A DNA stretch of 64,000 bases from an uncultured delta proteobacterium (lineage in GTDB: Bacteria; Desulfobacterota; Syntrophia; Syntrophales; UBA5619): positions 67,399-131,398 of the forward strand of contig CAWFOM010000003.1 in assembly GCA_963817385.1 (NCBI GenBank), written 5' to 3'. Under the pieces are notes generated by a model that searched no databases, had not been told where the DNA came from, and saw nothing but the letters and a program-made list of their open reading frames with translations. Position numbers and translations under genes: made by a program. Shown piece after piece: positions 21,901-36,351 of this stretch; position 1 is the stretch's first letter, and each line of letters opens with the position of its first letter.

Positions 21901-23998
21901 GCACTCCCGGAGTCACCCCCATGATATCGCGGATTACTGCCTGAAGTCGATCCAATGCGGCAAGAACTGCGGCGACCTGTATAACGCGGGGCTTTCCTAC
22001 GGCCCCCTGATGTGGAACCTCCAGGTGCAGGGAGCAGACCTGTCCCTCATCGAGGACACCGCCCGGGAATGCCTCCAATTCTCCAATAGGTACCATCTTT
22101 CCTTTTCCGCTGGCTTGGCCGAGGCAATGCAGGCGGGCTGGATCGGGCCGATGAAGAAAGACACTGCGCCTCTGCCCATGGACGATAAAATCAAACGATG
22201 GGAAGAGGACAACCACATTGCTTCGGCAGGAAGTTATTACGTGCACCGGGCTCTGGCGCATTATTATTTTGGAGAGCATGAAGAAGCCGAAGCATGCCTG
22301 GTGGAAGTGAGGAGGTATTTGTCCGGTCTTACGGACAATGTCCTGAAGAGACAGTGGCATGTCTTCCGGGTCCTGAACGCGCTGAAACTCCATGAAAAGG
22401 GGACCGGCTTTCACCGTGCGGAGGAACTTCGGGAGGAAATACAGCCGCTCATCGCCCTGATCGAGACCTGGTCCGGCCTGGGACCGCTCTTGAAACCCTA
22501 TCTGGCCTTTCTCCACGCGGAGCTCGCACGAGTGACCGGCGCCTTTCCCGAGGCCAAGAGCCTCTATCTCGACGCCATCGATAGTGCCCACGCCCAGGGA
22601 TATATCTTTTTGGAAGGACATCTCAACGAATGCCTCGGCGAGCTGCTTCGGCAGGCCGGTTACTGTTCCGAAGGGGTGTATTTTGTCGAAGCGAACCGTT
22701 TGTACCGGAAATGCCTGGCGGAGCGGAAGGAAATCGACCTCCGGGAAAAACATCCCGAGTATTTTGAGGAAGAAAGGGCTCCATCCCCCCAGTTCGTCGG
22801 CGAGCCTTCTCCCGCCTCCATCCTCCCCAACCTGGACGTCGATTACCTCATGAAGTCGTCTCTCGCTATTTCTGCCGAGATCGAGGAGGATGCCCTGCTG
22901 AAAAAAATCATGAATGTGATCGTCGAGTGCTCGGCGGCCCAGCACGGGTACCTGCTGATCGCGGAAGACGGCACCCTCTTTGTCCGCGCCGAGAGTCATA
23001 TTGCGGAAAAGCGGACGGTCATGACCGTGAATGAATGTCTCGATAATGTACCGGACATCTGCAAAGCTATCGTTCGGTATGTTTACCGAACCGGAGAAAG
23101 GCTGGTTCTGGGCAATGCAGCACAGGAAGGCCCATTCACGGACAATCCGGAGGTTCAGGAGCGGCGCATGCGTTCCCTTCTCTGCCTCCCCATTGTCAAG
23201 CAGGCGCGGATGATCGGCGTCCTGTACCTCGAAAACCGCCTGTCGGATAATATTTTTACCGCAGAAAAAACGCAGATGGCGGATTTGCTGACGTCCCAGG
23301 CCGCCATCTCCCTGGAAAATGCGCGGTTGCTGGTGGAGATGAGAGAAGCCGATGAGCAGATCAAAAGATCGCTTCAGGAAAAAGAGGCGCTTCTCAAAGA
23401 AATACATCATCGCGTCAAGAACAACCTGCAGATCATCCGCAGCATGCTCAACCTGCAACTGCCCTACGTCAAGGACAAAGGGGCCGTCGAGCTCTTCAAG
23501 GAAAGCCGCGACCGCGTCTATTCCATGGCCTTGATCCATGAACAGTTGTATCAGTCCGCGTCGCTGGCGAGGATCGATCTGGCCGAATATATCCGCAGTC
23601 TAACCGCCAATCTGTACCTCTCCTACGGGATGAATGAACAGACCATACGGCCTGACATATCCGTGGACAGTCTTTCCTTCGATGTGGATACGCTCATCCC
23701 CTGCGCCCTGATTATCAACGAGCTCGTTTCCAACGCTCTGAAGCACGCCTTTCCGGATGCCCGGGCAGGTAACGGGGGAAAAGGCGAAATCCGCATCGCC
23801 CTGCGCCGCGACGGGGGCGATGCCTGCGTCCTGTCGGTGGGCGACAACGGCATCGGCCTGCCCCGGGACTTTGCCGTGGAGAAGGCTGAATCCCTGGGGA
23901 TTAAATTGGTAACCGTGCTGGCCAGGCAACTCAAGGGCGCCATCCGCCTCGATAGGGACGGCGGAACGGAATTCACGATTGTCTTTGCCCCATCGTAA
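18946..23998 (+). CDS. Hybrid Ser/Thr kinase-like / AAA ATPase / GAF / HisKA_2 histidine kinase, frameshift ~21590
   Basis: YTSPEQTGR; GLSGIGKT Walker A; FIDDLQW; GVLYLEN GAF; EIHHRVKNNLQ; DNGIGLP. Confidence 0.9.
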
Positions 23999-24021
23999 GG
24001 ATAACGAAGGAGAAAAATACC

Positions 24022-26020
24022 ATGCCTCAGGGAAAGATTCTGATTGTCGAAGATGAAGGTATCGAAGCGCTGGACATACAGGGCTCGTCTGATGAGCCTC
24101 GGCTACGTTGCCGACCATATCGCCTCTACCGGAGAAGAGGCCGTCAGAATAGCCGCCGAGACGATGCCCGATCTGGTCCTGATGGATATCATGCTGCAAG
24201 GTGCAATCGACGGAGTTACTGCCGCCGAACAGATCCGCGCCCGCCTGGATATCCCCGTTGTCTATCTCACCGCCTATGCAGACGAACCGACCCTGCAGCG
24301 GGCAAAGATAACAGAGCCTTACGGCTACCTTGTCAAACCCTTCAAGGAACGGGAGCTGCATATCTCAATCGATATGGCCCTCTATAAGCACCAAATGGAG
24401 CAGAAATTAAAGGAGAGCGAGAAATGGTTTGCCACAACGCTCCGGAGCATAGGCGATGCAACGATCGCCACCGACAAAAACGGTCTCATCACCTTCATGA
24501 ATGCCGTTGCCGAAGGCTTGATGGGCTGGAAACTGGAAGCGGTTCTCCACAAAAAACTGACGGACGTATTCAACATCGTCAACCGGGATACGCGGCAGCC
24601 TGTGGAGAACCCCGTGACACGGGTGCTGCTCGAAGGCGTCACCATGGGCCTGGCGAACCATACTATCTTGATCGCCAAGGATGGAACGGAAATACCCATC
24701 GACGACAGCGCGGCCCCGATCAAGGATGACCGGGGAAACATCATGGGCGTGATCCTGGTTTTCCGCGACATCACCAAACGCGAGCAGGCGGAGGAGACGC
24801 TGCGGGACAGCCAGGCGGAACTTGCCGCCATGATTGCCAACGTACCCATGGTTATCGCTCTGGTGGACCCGGAAAGACACGTGCGAAAAACCAACGTGTC
24901 GGCAAACAGATTCGCCGACCGTTCGGCGGAAGAAATGACGGGGCGGCGGAGCGGCGAGGCCCTCCGTTGCCTCCACTCCCAGGACGATCCCCGGGGCTGC
25001 GGCTTCGGACCTTCCTGCCTATCCTGCCCGGTGCGTCAAGCAGTAGAAGACACCTTCACAAAGAGGGCCAATTATCAGGGTGTGGAAGCCACCCTTCCCT
25101 TCGGGCACCGGGGAAAGCCGGAAGAGCTGACATTTCTGGTTTCCACGGCACTTATCCCTTTTGCTCAGGAAGAGCTGACGCTTGTTTGCATGGAGGATAT
25201 AACGGAGCGTAAGCGGGCGGAGGAATCGCTAAATAAAGTATATCACGAGCTGGAAATCCGCGTTCAGGAACGGACCGCCCAGGTGCGGAAGCTCAATGAC
25301 GAACTGGAAGATCGGGTCCGTGAACGGACAGAGCAACTGGAGGTCGCCAACAAGGACCTTGAATCATTCACCTACTCGGTGTCACATGACTTGCGAGCCC
25401 CGCTCCGGGCCATCGACGGTTTCTCCCGCAAGCTTTTAGCAACATATAAAGACAAATTGGATGAAGAAGGGAAGAGGCTCCTGAACATCATCCGCAGGAA
25501 CACGCAAGGGATGAGTCAACTGATCGATGACCTGCTCGCCTTCTCGCGCCTGGGAAGACAGAAGATAGACCTGTCCGAAGTGGATATGGGAAGTCTTGCC
25601 GAAACGGTGTACAAAGAAATCAAGGCATCATCTCCCGGCAGGTCGATTGCCTTTGCCCTGCTGAACCCGCCGCCGGCAAGCGCCGATAAAGCCTTGATCC
25701 GTCAGGTTCTGGTAAATCTCCTGTCCAACGGGATTAAATTCACCCAGCCGCGAACTGATGCCCTGATCGAATTTGGCGGCAGCGTAGATGGAAATGAAAA
25801 TATCTACTTTGTGAAAGACAACGGTGTGGGTTTTGATATGCAGTATGCGGATAAATTATTCGGCGTGTTTCAGCGGTTGCACAGCGCGGAGGAATTCGAG
25901 GGCACAGGGGTGGGGCTCGCCATCGTCCACCGTGCAATCCTCATGCATGGAGGGAGGGTCTGGGCCGAGGGGAAAAGTGGCGAGGGGGCGACCTTTTATT
26001 TTACCCTGCCGACGAAATAA
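24022..26020 (+). CDS. Receiver-PAS-PAS-histidine kinase, frameshift ~24080
   Basis: [53 protein letters not shown]. Confidence 0.9.
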
Positions 26021-26088
26021 AAGTTGGCGGCGGATTACGGGTCAAGGAAGACGTTGACAGGAGCGATACGCTCTGTCACAAGGGAGGG

Positions 26089-26757
26089 GTGGAAAAAAAC
26101 CTCCTGCATACCCTCTCCGAAGGGGCGGCCCAGATCGGTATTCGTCTCGGGCAGACGGAGCTGGATCTCTTCGCCGCTTACCACGGGGAGCTCCTCCTCT
26201 GGAACCGGCGGATCAACTTGGTCTCGGAAAAGTCATCGCGGGAGATCGTCATCCGCCACTTTCTCGATTCCTTGACCGTGGCGCCGTGTATCGATCGCCC
26301 GGAAGGTCTTCTGATCGATATCGGAAGCGGCGCCGGTTTCCCCGGCATACCCCTTCGGATCGCCCTCCCCGGCCTGCAGGTGATGCTGGTGGAGGCGTCG
26401 CGAAAAAAGACCTCTTTCCTTACCCACATCGTCCGCACCCTCCATCTCGCGGGGGTCACGGTGATCCGGGAGCGCGTCGAGACCCTGATCGGTGAACAGG
26501 CATTGGCCGGCACCTTTGATACGGTTCTCTCCCGGGCCGCCTTCAAGCTTCCGGAGCTGATCCGGATGGCCGCTTTCTTTCTGAAACCGGAGGGTATCCT
26601 CATCGCGATGAAAGGTCCCGATCCCCGGGAAGAGATGGCGGAAGCGGAGTCATATCTGAAGGCCGCCGGCATGGTCTTAGTCGCCTGTCGTGACGCCAGT
26701 CTGCCTGATACAAATTTATCAAGAAAAATAATTGTTTACCAGCGCGTGTCGCGCTGA
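26089..26757 (+). CDS. rsmG: 16S rRNA m7G527 methyltransferase
   Basis: WNRRINLVS; RHFLDSL; DIGSGAGFPGIPL; SRAAF. Confidence 0.93.
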   Translation: MEKNLLHTLSEGAAQIGIRLGQTELDLFAAYHGELLLWNRRINLVSEKSSREIVIRHFLDSLTVAPCIDRPEGLLIDIGSGAGFPGIPLRIALPGLQVMLVEASRKKTSFLTHIVRTLHLAGVTVIRERVETLIGEQALAGTFDTVLSRAAFKLPELIRMAAFFLKPEGILIAMKGPDPREEMAEAESYLKAAGMVLVACRDASLPDTNLSRKIIVYQRVSR

Positions 26758-26851
26758 CGGCTTCAATAAAAAAACTTTTCAATCAGCTTGTTTTATGCTA
26801 CCTTCAGCGCCGGTTCGAGAATCATTATGATGCAGGGAAATGTTCTATTAA

Positions 26852-27625
26852 ATGATGCGTAAAATCATATGTATGGCCAATCAAAAAGGGGGGGTGGGTA
26901 AAACCACAACGGCCATCAACCTCTCGGCCTCGCTGGCGGCGGCGGAGAAGAGGACCCTGCTTGTCGACTGCGATTCCCAGGGAAATGCCACCAGCGGCAT
27001 GGGAGTCGATGGAGAGTCCATTCGGGAGAAAAATCTCTACCACTGCCTCATCGATCAGATCCCCCTTAGGGAGGTCATCGTCGGAACCCAGATCCCCCAA
27101 CTCGATCTGCTCCCTGCCAACCAGGACCTGGTCGGGATCGAGGTGGAATTCATCTCCCTCGAAGACCGGGAAAAAAGGCTGAGAAATCTGCTGAGGGATC
27201 TGGAGACACCGTATGAGTATATTATCATTGACTGTCCGCCGTCCCTCGGGTTTCTGACGGTCAACGCGCTGGTTGCCTCAGACTACCTGATCGTACCCCT
27301 GCAGTGCGAGTACTTCGCGCTGGAGGGCCTGGGACACCTGCTCAACACGATGGGGCTGATAAAGGCCAAACTGAATCCGACGCTGACGTTGGGAGGGATC
27401 CTCCTGACCATGTACGACTCACGGAACCTGCTTTCCCGCCGGGTCAGCGAGGATGTTCGTGCCAACTTCGGGAAGCGTGTCTTTCAGACGGTCATCCCGC
27501 GGAATGTGCGGCTTTCGGAAAGTCCGAGTCACGGGCTTCCGATCATTCTCTACGATATCAAATCACGCGGCGCGGTCTCGTACATGGAACTGGCCAATGA
27601 GATCATCATGAACGGGAGGCTATGA
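26852..27625 (+). CDS. parA: Chromosome partition ATPase ParA/Soj
   Basis: NQKGGVGKTTT; IDCPPSLG; QCEYFALEGL; IPRNVRLSESPSHG. Confidence 0.96.
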   Translation: MMRKIICMANQKGGVGKTTTAINLSASLAAAEKRTLLVDCDSQGNATSGMGVDGESIREKNLYHCLIDQIPLREVIVGTQIPQLDLLPANQDLVGIEVEFISLEDREKRLRNLLRDLETPYEYIIIDCPPSLGFLTVNALVASDYLIVPLQCEYFALEGLGHLLNTMGLIKAKLNPTLTLGGILLTMYDSRNLLSRRVSEDVRANFGKRVFQTVIPRNVRLSESPSHGLPIILYDIKSRGAVSYMELANEIIMNGRL

Positions 27626-28476
27626 TGCCGCCAAAGCAATCGCTTGGCAAGGGGCTGGGGGCGATGTTCCCCAATCTGCTCAATAACATTGGCGATAAGC
27701 CCTCGTTCATCCTCTGCGGGATAGAGGAACTGACGCCGAATCGGTATCAGCCCCGGCGAGACTTTAACGATGACAATCAGCGTGAGCTCATCGCTTCCGT
27801 AAAAAAAAGCGGCATCATCCAGCCGATCATCGTGCGAAAGTCGGAGAACGGCTATGAGATCATCGCCGGCGAGAGGCGGTGGCGGGCGGCCCAGGCAGCC
27901 GGTCTGAAGGAGGTTCCCGTCATCATCAGGAGCGCGGAGGACCGGGATCTGGCGGAGCTCTCCCTGATCGAAAACATCCAGCGCGAGGCGCTCAATCCCA
28001 TCGAGGAGGCGGATGCCTATCAAACACTCATGACCCGCTTCTCCCTTTCTCAGGAGGAGATCTCGACCCGCGTCGGGAAGGACCGTTCCACCATCGCCAA
28101 TACGGTCCGGCTGCTGAAATTACCCGAGATGGTCAAAAAGGCGCTGATCGCGAAATCCATCACCGCCGGCCATGCGCGGGCGCTCCTTGCCCTGGATCTG
28201 CCCGGCGATCAGATCGGCGCGTTGAAGATCGTGCAACGCAAGGAACTTAACGTTCGTGATACGGAGCGTTTGATTCAGAATCTCAAAAAGGCGCCGGCCC
28301 GCACGAAAACCGCGCGAAAGGACCCCTTTCTGGCCGATCTTGAACGGGAACTTTCCTCCCGGCTTCTCGCGGCTGTTCAGATCCGTGCCGGGAAGAGAGC
28401 GGGGACCATCGAGATCCGCTATACCACGGGGGAAGAGCTGAATCGTCTGGCGCGGTGGCTCCTTGACGGGAAATAA
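27622..28476 (+). CDS. parB: Chromosome partition protein ParB/Spo0J
   Basis: LGKGLGA; IIAGERRWRAA; ENIQRE; HTH. Confidence 0.96.
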   Translation: MMPPKQSLGKGLGAMFPNLLNNIGDKPSFILCGIEELTPNRYQPRRDFNDDNQRELIASVKKSGIIQPIIVRKSENGYEIIAGERRWRAAQAAGLKEVPVIIRSAEDRDLAELSLIENIQREALNPIEEADAYQTLMTRFSLSQEEISTRVGKDRSTIANTVRLLKLPEMVKKALIAKSITAGHARALLALDLPGDQIGALKIVQRKELNVRDTERLIQNLKKAPARTKTARKDPFLADLERELSSRLLAAVQIRAGKRAGTIEIRYTTGEELNRLARWLLDGK

Positions 28477-28494
28477 CGGCATAGTTCCGGATAG

Positions 28495-28538
28495 CTGTCC
28501 ACAGGTGTGGATAAAACTGTGTATAAGGTTGTGAATTT
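28495..28538. promoter_or_regulatory. DnaA-box cluster upstream of dnaA
   Basis: TGTGGATAA 28506-28514 and TGTGTATAA 28518-28526 (perfect boxes); CTGTCCACA 28495 (degenerate). Confidence 0.85.
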
Positions 28539-29893
28539 TGGACGAACTTTGGGATAAAACACTTAAGATCATTAAGGAAAAGGTCAGCCAGCAAAATTTT
28601 GAGACCTGGATACGACCGATTCGTATTACTGCACTCGAGGGGAATCAAGCCAGCATGGCTGTTCCCAATCGGTTCTTTCGTGACTGGCTGATCGATAATT
28701 ATCTCGATCTCCTTCGGGAATCCATGAAGGCCGCCGCGGGCATCGCGATGGAGGTGGAATTCATGGTGGCGGCGGACAGCCGCCATGACGCGGCGGAGGG
28801 GCAGAGGGGGAATGCCCCGGTCCCGGAGAAAAGTACGGCAAAAAAAACATCCCGCTCCAGAATAAACTCAACCCTGAATCAGAACTACAGTTTTGATCGG
28901 TTTGTCGTGGGTGCATCGAACCAGTTTGCCCACGCGGCATCCGTGGCGGTCGCCGACCAGCCGGCAAAAAATTATAATCCGCTGTTTATCTATGGCGGCG
29001 TGGGATTGGGCAAGACCCATTTGCTCAACGCCATCGGGTTACAAACGCTGAAGCTTTTTCCGGAACTCAACGTGGTGTATGTTTCCGCTGAAGTCTTCAT
29101 GAACGAACTGATCAACTCGATCCGTTATGACAAAATGCCGAAATTTCGTGAGAAGTTCAGAAATATCGACTGTATGCTGATTGATGACATCCAGTTTATC
29201 GCCGGCAAGGAGAGGACCCAGGAGGAGTTCTTCCATACGTTCAATACCCTGCATGACGCCGGAAAACAGATCGTCGTGACCAGTGATAAGTTTCCAAAGG
29301 ATATTCCCAATCTGGAGGGGCGGTTGCGGTCCCGCTTCGAGTGGGGTTTGATCGCCGATATCCAACCGCCGGAGATTGAAACCAAGATCGCCATCCTCGA
29401 AAAAAAGGCGCAGGAGAATCACATCACCCTGCCGGGAAATGTGGCCCTGTATATCGCTTCACAGGCGGATACGAATATCCGGGAGTTGGAGGGGTATCTG
29501 GTCCGCATCGCTGCGTACTCTTCCCTGACCGGACATCAGATCGACATGGACCTCGTGAAGGCGGTCCTGAAAAAACTGCTCCGTCAGGAAGAAAAACGGG
29601 AAATTACTATCGATGAAATCGTGAAGGCCGTCGCCACCAAACTCACTATCAAAATTGCCGATATCAAATCACCGAAGAAAAATAAGGACCTCGTCATGGC
29701 CCGACAGATCTCCATGTTCCTCGCCCGAGAGATGACGAGCGCCTCATTTCCCGATATAGGCGCAAAGATAGGAGGTCGGGATCATTCGACCGTCATTTAC
29801 GCCCATAATAAAATCAAGAAGTTGATGGAGACGGACAAAACGCTTCGTGATATTACGGAAGAGGTCCAGGAAACCCTCCTGCACAAGACATGA
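28538..29893 (+). CDS. dnaA: Replication initiator DnaA
   Basis: YNPLFIYGGVGLGKTHLL; TQEEFFHTFN; GGRDHSTV. Confidence 0.98.
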   Translation: MDELWDKTLKIIKEKVSQQNFETWIRPIRITALEGNQASMAVPNRFFRDWLIDNYLDLLRESMKAAAGIAMEVEFMVAADSRHDAAEGQRGNAPVPEKSTAKKTSRSRINSTLNQNYSFDRFVVGASNQFAHAASVAVADQPAKNYNPLFIYGGVGLGKTHLLNAIGLQTLKLFPELNVVYVSAEVFMNELINSIRYDKMPKFREKFRNIDCMLIDDIQFIAGKERTQEEFFHTFNTLHDAGKQIVVTSDKFPKDIPNLEGRLRSRFEWGLIADIQPPEIETKIAILEKKAQENHITLPGNVALYIASQADTNIRELEGYLVRIAAYSSLTGHQIDMDLVKAVLKKLLRQEEKREITIDEIVKAVATKLTIKIADIKSPKKNKDLVMARQISMFLAREMTSASFPDIGAKIGGRDHSTVIYAHNKIKKLMETDKTLRDITEEVQETLLHKT

Positions 29894-30072
29894 GAAAATC
29901 AGGGGTGTGGTTATCACCAGGATATCGGCGGGGAGGATCACGATACAACAGGATAAAGTGTCTTGATGAACACTATGCACAGGACCTACTATTACTACTA
30001 ATCTTTTATAAAGAGAGAATTCTTTTTTAATCATATAACCTGTTTGCGAAGTGGAAAGGATGGAGGGGACTT
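29894..30072. other. oriC: Predicted oriC unwinding region
   Basis: CTATGCACA box 29973-29981, GGACC, DnaA-trio run CTACTATTACTACTA ~29986-30000, then AT-rich tract; lies between dnaA and dnaN. Confidence 0.82.
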
Positions 30073-31191
30073 ATGGAATTTACTATCAAAAGAGACGTGT
30101 TTCTGGGCGGCATACAGAAGACGCTTGGGATTGTCGAGAGAAAGACAACGATGCCGATTCTGAGTAACCTTTTGATCCGGACCGGAGAGAACCGGATCAA
30201 GATCATGGCAACGGACCGCGAGATCGGGCTCGTGGCAGATTATGAGGCAGAGATCATGCGGGAAGGGGATATCACCCTTTCTGCCCGGAAGCTCCATGAA
30301 ATGGTCCGCGAGATTCAAGGGGAGATGGTCCACGTCGTGAAAAATGAGCGGGATATGGTCAGTCTGACCTGTAACAAGGCGGTTTACCGGATACCGGGCA
30401 TCCCCGCGGATGACTATCCCGTGGTAGCGGATCAGGAGGAACTTCCGATGTTCAAAATCAAAGGAAGTACCCTGAGGGAAATGATCCGCAAGACGGCATT
30501 TGCCATGTCCGCCGATGAGATGAGGAAAAATCTCAACGGTGTTTTTCTCGAGACGGAAAACATCGGGGAGACTACCTTTATCCGCATGGTAGCAACGGAT
30601 GGTCATCGTCTTTCCATGGCAAGAATGGATGCCGGGGAAAAGGATTTTCTCGTGATGGAGAAGGGCGTGATCATCCCCCGCAAGGGACTGGGGGAGATCC
30701 GCAGGCTGGTGGATGACGAACCCGGGGAGGTGTTTCTGGGAATCCGTCCCGGGGTGTGTATCGTCAAAACCAATCATACTCTTCTGAGGGTCAGTTTGAT
30801 CGATGGTGATTATCCGGATTACCGGCGTGTCATCCCGGCGGAACAGGGGGTGGTAATCAACCTGGAGAAAGATACGTTCCTGCACGCGCTCCGCAGGATG
30901 AGCGTTATTTCCTCCGATCGCTACAATGGGGTGATTGTGACCCTTTCACAAGGGCGAATCGTGCTGAACTCTACCAATCCTGATGTGGGAGAAGCCAATG
31001 ATGAGATAGAAGTTTCGTATCAGGGAGAGGAGAGGAGCGTCGGTTATAACGTGACCTACTTGACGGACGCAATTGAGGTGGTCGACGAGGAGCGGGTGGA
31101 GTTCGAGATCGGCGCCGGTATGAAGCCCGGCGTGATCAGGGCGATCGGTAATGAAAATTACTTCTGCATTGTCATGCCGCTGAAGTTGTAG
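30073..31191 (+). CDS. dnaN: DNA polymerase III beta clamp
   Basis: TMPILSN; VATDGHRLS; YPDYRRVIP; VMPLKL. Confidence 0.97.
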   Translation: MEFTIKRDVFLGGIQKTLGIVERKTTMPILSNLLIRTGENRIKIMATDREIGLVADYEAEIMREGDITLSARKLHEMVREIQGEMVHVVKNERDMVSLTCNKAVYRIPGIPADDYPVVADQEELPMFKIKGSTLREMIRKTAFAMSADEMRKNLNGVFLETENIGETTFIRMVATDGHRLSMARMDAGEKDFLVMEKGVIIPRKGLGEIRRLVDDEPGEVFLGIRPGVCIVKTNHTLLRVSLIDGDYPDYRRVIPAEQGVVINLEKDTFLHALRRMSVISSDRYNGVIVTLSQGRIVLNSTNPDVGEANDEIEVSYQGEERSVGYNVTYLTDAIEVVDEERVEFEIGAGMKPGVIRAIGNENYFCIVMPLKL

Positions 31192-31268
31192 AAGAGATGG
31201 GAAAGATTAAACATAAATCATCCGCGGGGGACAGGAGAATATATATCCCCTTTAAGGAAAGAGGTTAG

Positions 31269-33725
<2,457 letters not shown>

Positions 33726-33816
33726 GAAACCACACTGCACAGCGTGTTTGCAATTATGATGATTCCGTCTGCGGGCGAGACGGTCATGGATACAGGTTAA
33801 GGAAAAGGGTAACTGC

Positions 33817-36351
33817 ATGGATCAACTCTACGAAAAGAATATCGCGATCAACATCGAAGACGAGATGAAGAAGTCCTACATGGACTACGCCATGAGCGTC
33901 ATCATCGGCCGGGCGATCCCCGACGTCCGGGACGGTCTGAAGCCGGTCCATCGCCGGGTCCTTTTCGCCATGAACGAGATGGGGAACCGCTGGAACAAAC
34001 CCTACAAGAAATCGGCGAGGATCGTCGGGGATATCATCGGTAAGTACCATCCCCACGGGGATACGGCGGCCTACGACACTATGGTCCGGATGGCCCAGGA
34101 GTTCTCGATGCGCTACCTGCTCGTCGATGGCCAGGGAAACTTCGGCTCCATCGACGGGGATCCGCCGGCCGCCATGCGATACACGGAGGTCCGGATGGCC
34201 AGGATCTCCGAAGAGCTCCTCGGAGATCTGGAGAAGAACACCGTCGATTTCATGCCCAACTACGACGAATCCATGGAGGAGCCGACCGTGCTGCCGGCGA
34301 AGATCCCGCTGTTGCTCCTCAACGGCACCGGGGGCATCGCCGTCGGCGTGGCCACCAACATCCCTCCCCATAACCTCCGGGAGGTGATCGACGGGACCAT
34401 CGCGCTCATCCGGGACCCCGACATCACCGTCGACGGGTTGATCCGCTACATCCAGGGGCCGGACTTTCCGACGGCCGGGTTCATCAACGGTCGGGAGGGG
34501 ATTCTTTCCGCTTACCGGACGGGGCGGGGGATCATCCGGGTCAGGGCCCGAGCCCTGATCGAGAAGAACGCCCGGAATGACCGGGAGAGCATCGTCGTGA
34601 CCGAGCTTCCCTACCAGGTCAACAAGGCGAACCTCATCGAGAAGATCTCGGAGCTCGTCAAGGAGAAGAAGATCGGCGGGATCGCCGACCTCCGGGACGA
34701 ATCGGACCGCGAGGGGATCCGCGTCGTTCTCGACCTGAAGCGGGACGAGGTCTCCGCGGTCGTCCTGAACCAGCTCTACAAGCACACCCAGATGGAGTCA
34801 ACCTTCGGGATCATCATGCTGGCCATCGACCGGGGCCAGCCCCGGGTCTTCAACCTCAAGGAGGTCCTCGAGAGTTTCCTTACGTTCCGCAAGGAGGTGG
34901 TCATCCGGCGGACGACCTTCGATCTGATGAAAGCCAGGGAGCGGGCCCATATCCTCGAGGGGCTGATCATCGCCCTCGACCGGATCGACGAGGTGATAGC
35001 GGTGATCAAGGCCTCCGCGAATCCCCAGGAGGCGGCCGCCGCCCTCTGCTCGCGCTTCGGTCTCAGCGAAATCCAGGCGAAGGCGATCCTCGACATGCGC
35101 CTTCAGCGCCTGACCGGCCTGGAGAGGGACAAGATCGACGCGGAGTATGCCGAGATCTCGGCGCTCATCCGCACCCTCCAGGGGATCCTCGACGACCAGC
35201 AGAAGGTCCTCGACGTGATCGTCGCGGAGCTTGAGGAGATCAAGGCGCGCTACGGGGACGAACGCCGGACGGAGATTGTCGTGAGCTCCGAGGACATTGA
35301 TATCGAGGACATGATCGTCGAGGAAGACATGGTCGTCACCGTCTCGCACGCGGGCTACATCAAGAGAAACCCCGTGAGCCTCTACAAGAGCCAGCGCCGG
35401 GGCGGCAAGGGAAAGATCGGGATGGGGACGAAGGAGGAGGATTTCGTGGAGCGGATCTTCATCGCCTCCACCCACCATTACCTCCTGATCTTCACCAGCA
35501 AAGGCAGGGTCTACTGGCTGAAGGTCTACCAGATCCCGCAGGCCGGGCGGGCCGCCAAGGGGAAGGCGATCGTGAATTTGATCAACATGGTGGAAGGAGA
35601 GCGCGTCGCCGCCGTTCAGGCCGTCCGGGAGTTCACCGGCGAGAAATCGGTGGTCATGGTGACCCGGCAGGGGACGATCAAGAAGACGGAGCTGTCGGCT
35701 TACTCCAACCCCCGCGCGGGCGGGATCATCGCCATCTCCATCGACGAGGGGGACGAACTGATCGACGTCCAGCTCACCCTCGGCGGCCAGGACATTTTCC
35801 TCGGCACCCGGAAGGGCAAGTCCATCCGCTTCAAGGAGGACGATGTCCGCGACACGGGCCGCACGGCCCGCGGCGTCCGGGGGATCATGATGGCCGAGGG
35901 CGACCGCGTCATCGGGATGGAGATCCCGACCCCCGGAAACAGCATCCTCACCGTATCCGAAAAAGGGTACGGCAAAAGGACCGACATCGCCGAATACCGT
36001 CTCCAGACCCGGGGCGGCAAGGGGACGATCAATCTCAAGACCGACAAAGTGGGCGATGTCTCCGGGATCCTGCAGGTCACCGGAAACGAGGACATCATGC
36101 TGATCAGCGATGCGGGACGGATCGTCCGGATGCGCGCCGAGGAGGTGCGCGTCATCCACCGGAGCACCCAGGGGGTGCGCCTGATCGATCTCGACGAGAA
36201 CGAAAAGCTGGTCGGGGTTGCCCGCGCTGAACGGGAAGAGGAGCGGGAGAACGGCGAGATGCCGGAAGAGCTTCCGGAGGATGCGGAGTTGGCGCTTGCC
36301 CCGGAAAGCGGCCCGGCGGATCAAGAAGCCGACGGGGAGGAAAAGGGATGA
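33817..36351 (+). CDS. gyrA: DNA gyrase subunit A
   Basis: HPHGD; AAMRYTE; GyrA-box QRRGGKG. Confidence 0.98.
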   Translation: MDQLYEKNIAINIEDEMKKSYMDYAMSVIIGRAIPDVRDGLKPVHRRVLFAMNEMGNRWNKPYKKSARIVGDIIGKYHPHGDTAAYDTMVRMAQEFSMRYLLVDGQGNFGSIDGDPPAAMRYTEVRMARISEELLGDLEKNTVDFMPNYDESMEEPTVLPAKIPLLLLNGTGGIAVGVATNIPPHNLREVIDGTIALIRDPDITVDGLIRYIQGPDFPTAGFINGREGILSAYRTGRGIIRVRARALIEKNARNDRESIVVTELPYQVNKANLIEKISELVKEKKIGGIADLRDESDREGIRVVLDLKRDEVSAVVLNQLYKHTQMESTFGIIMLAIDRGQPRVFNLKEVLESFLTFRKEVVIRRTTFDLMKARERAHILEGLIIALDRIDEVIAVIKASANPQEAAAALCSRFGLSEIQAKAILDMRLQRLTGLERDKIDAEYAEISALIRTLQGILDDQQKVLDVIVAELEEIKARYGDERRTEIVVSSEDIDIEDMIVEEDMVVTVSHAGYIKRNPVSLYKSQRRGGKGKIGMGTKEEDFVERIFIASTHHYLLIFTSKGRVYWLKVYQIPQAGRAAKGKAIVNLINMVEGERVAAVQAVREFTGEKSVVMVTRQGTIKKTELSAYSNPRAGGIIAISIDEGDELIDVQLTLGGQDIFLGTRKGKSIRFKEDDVRDTGRTARGVRGIMMAEGDRVIGMEIPTPGNSILTVSEKGYGKRTDIAEYRLQTRGGKGTINLKTDKVGDVSGILQVTGNEDIMLISDAGRIVRMRAEEVRVIHRSTQGVRLIDLDENEKLVGVARAEREEERENGEMPEELPEDAELALAPESGPADQEADGEEKG

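Noticed and set aside
26054..26078. Dyad TGACAGGAGCG-ata-CGCTCTGTCA before rsmG
   Set aside because: The symmetry is real, but there is no U-tract or second instance to assign a function.
26758..31268. parS sites near parAB
   Set aside because: No convincing TGTTTCACGTGAAACA-like palindrome seen by eye; a motif scan would be needed.
34040..34090. GyrA Thr at the Ser83-equivalent position as a quinolone-resistance allele
   Set aside because: Thr is a natural wild-type residue in many bacteria.
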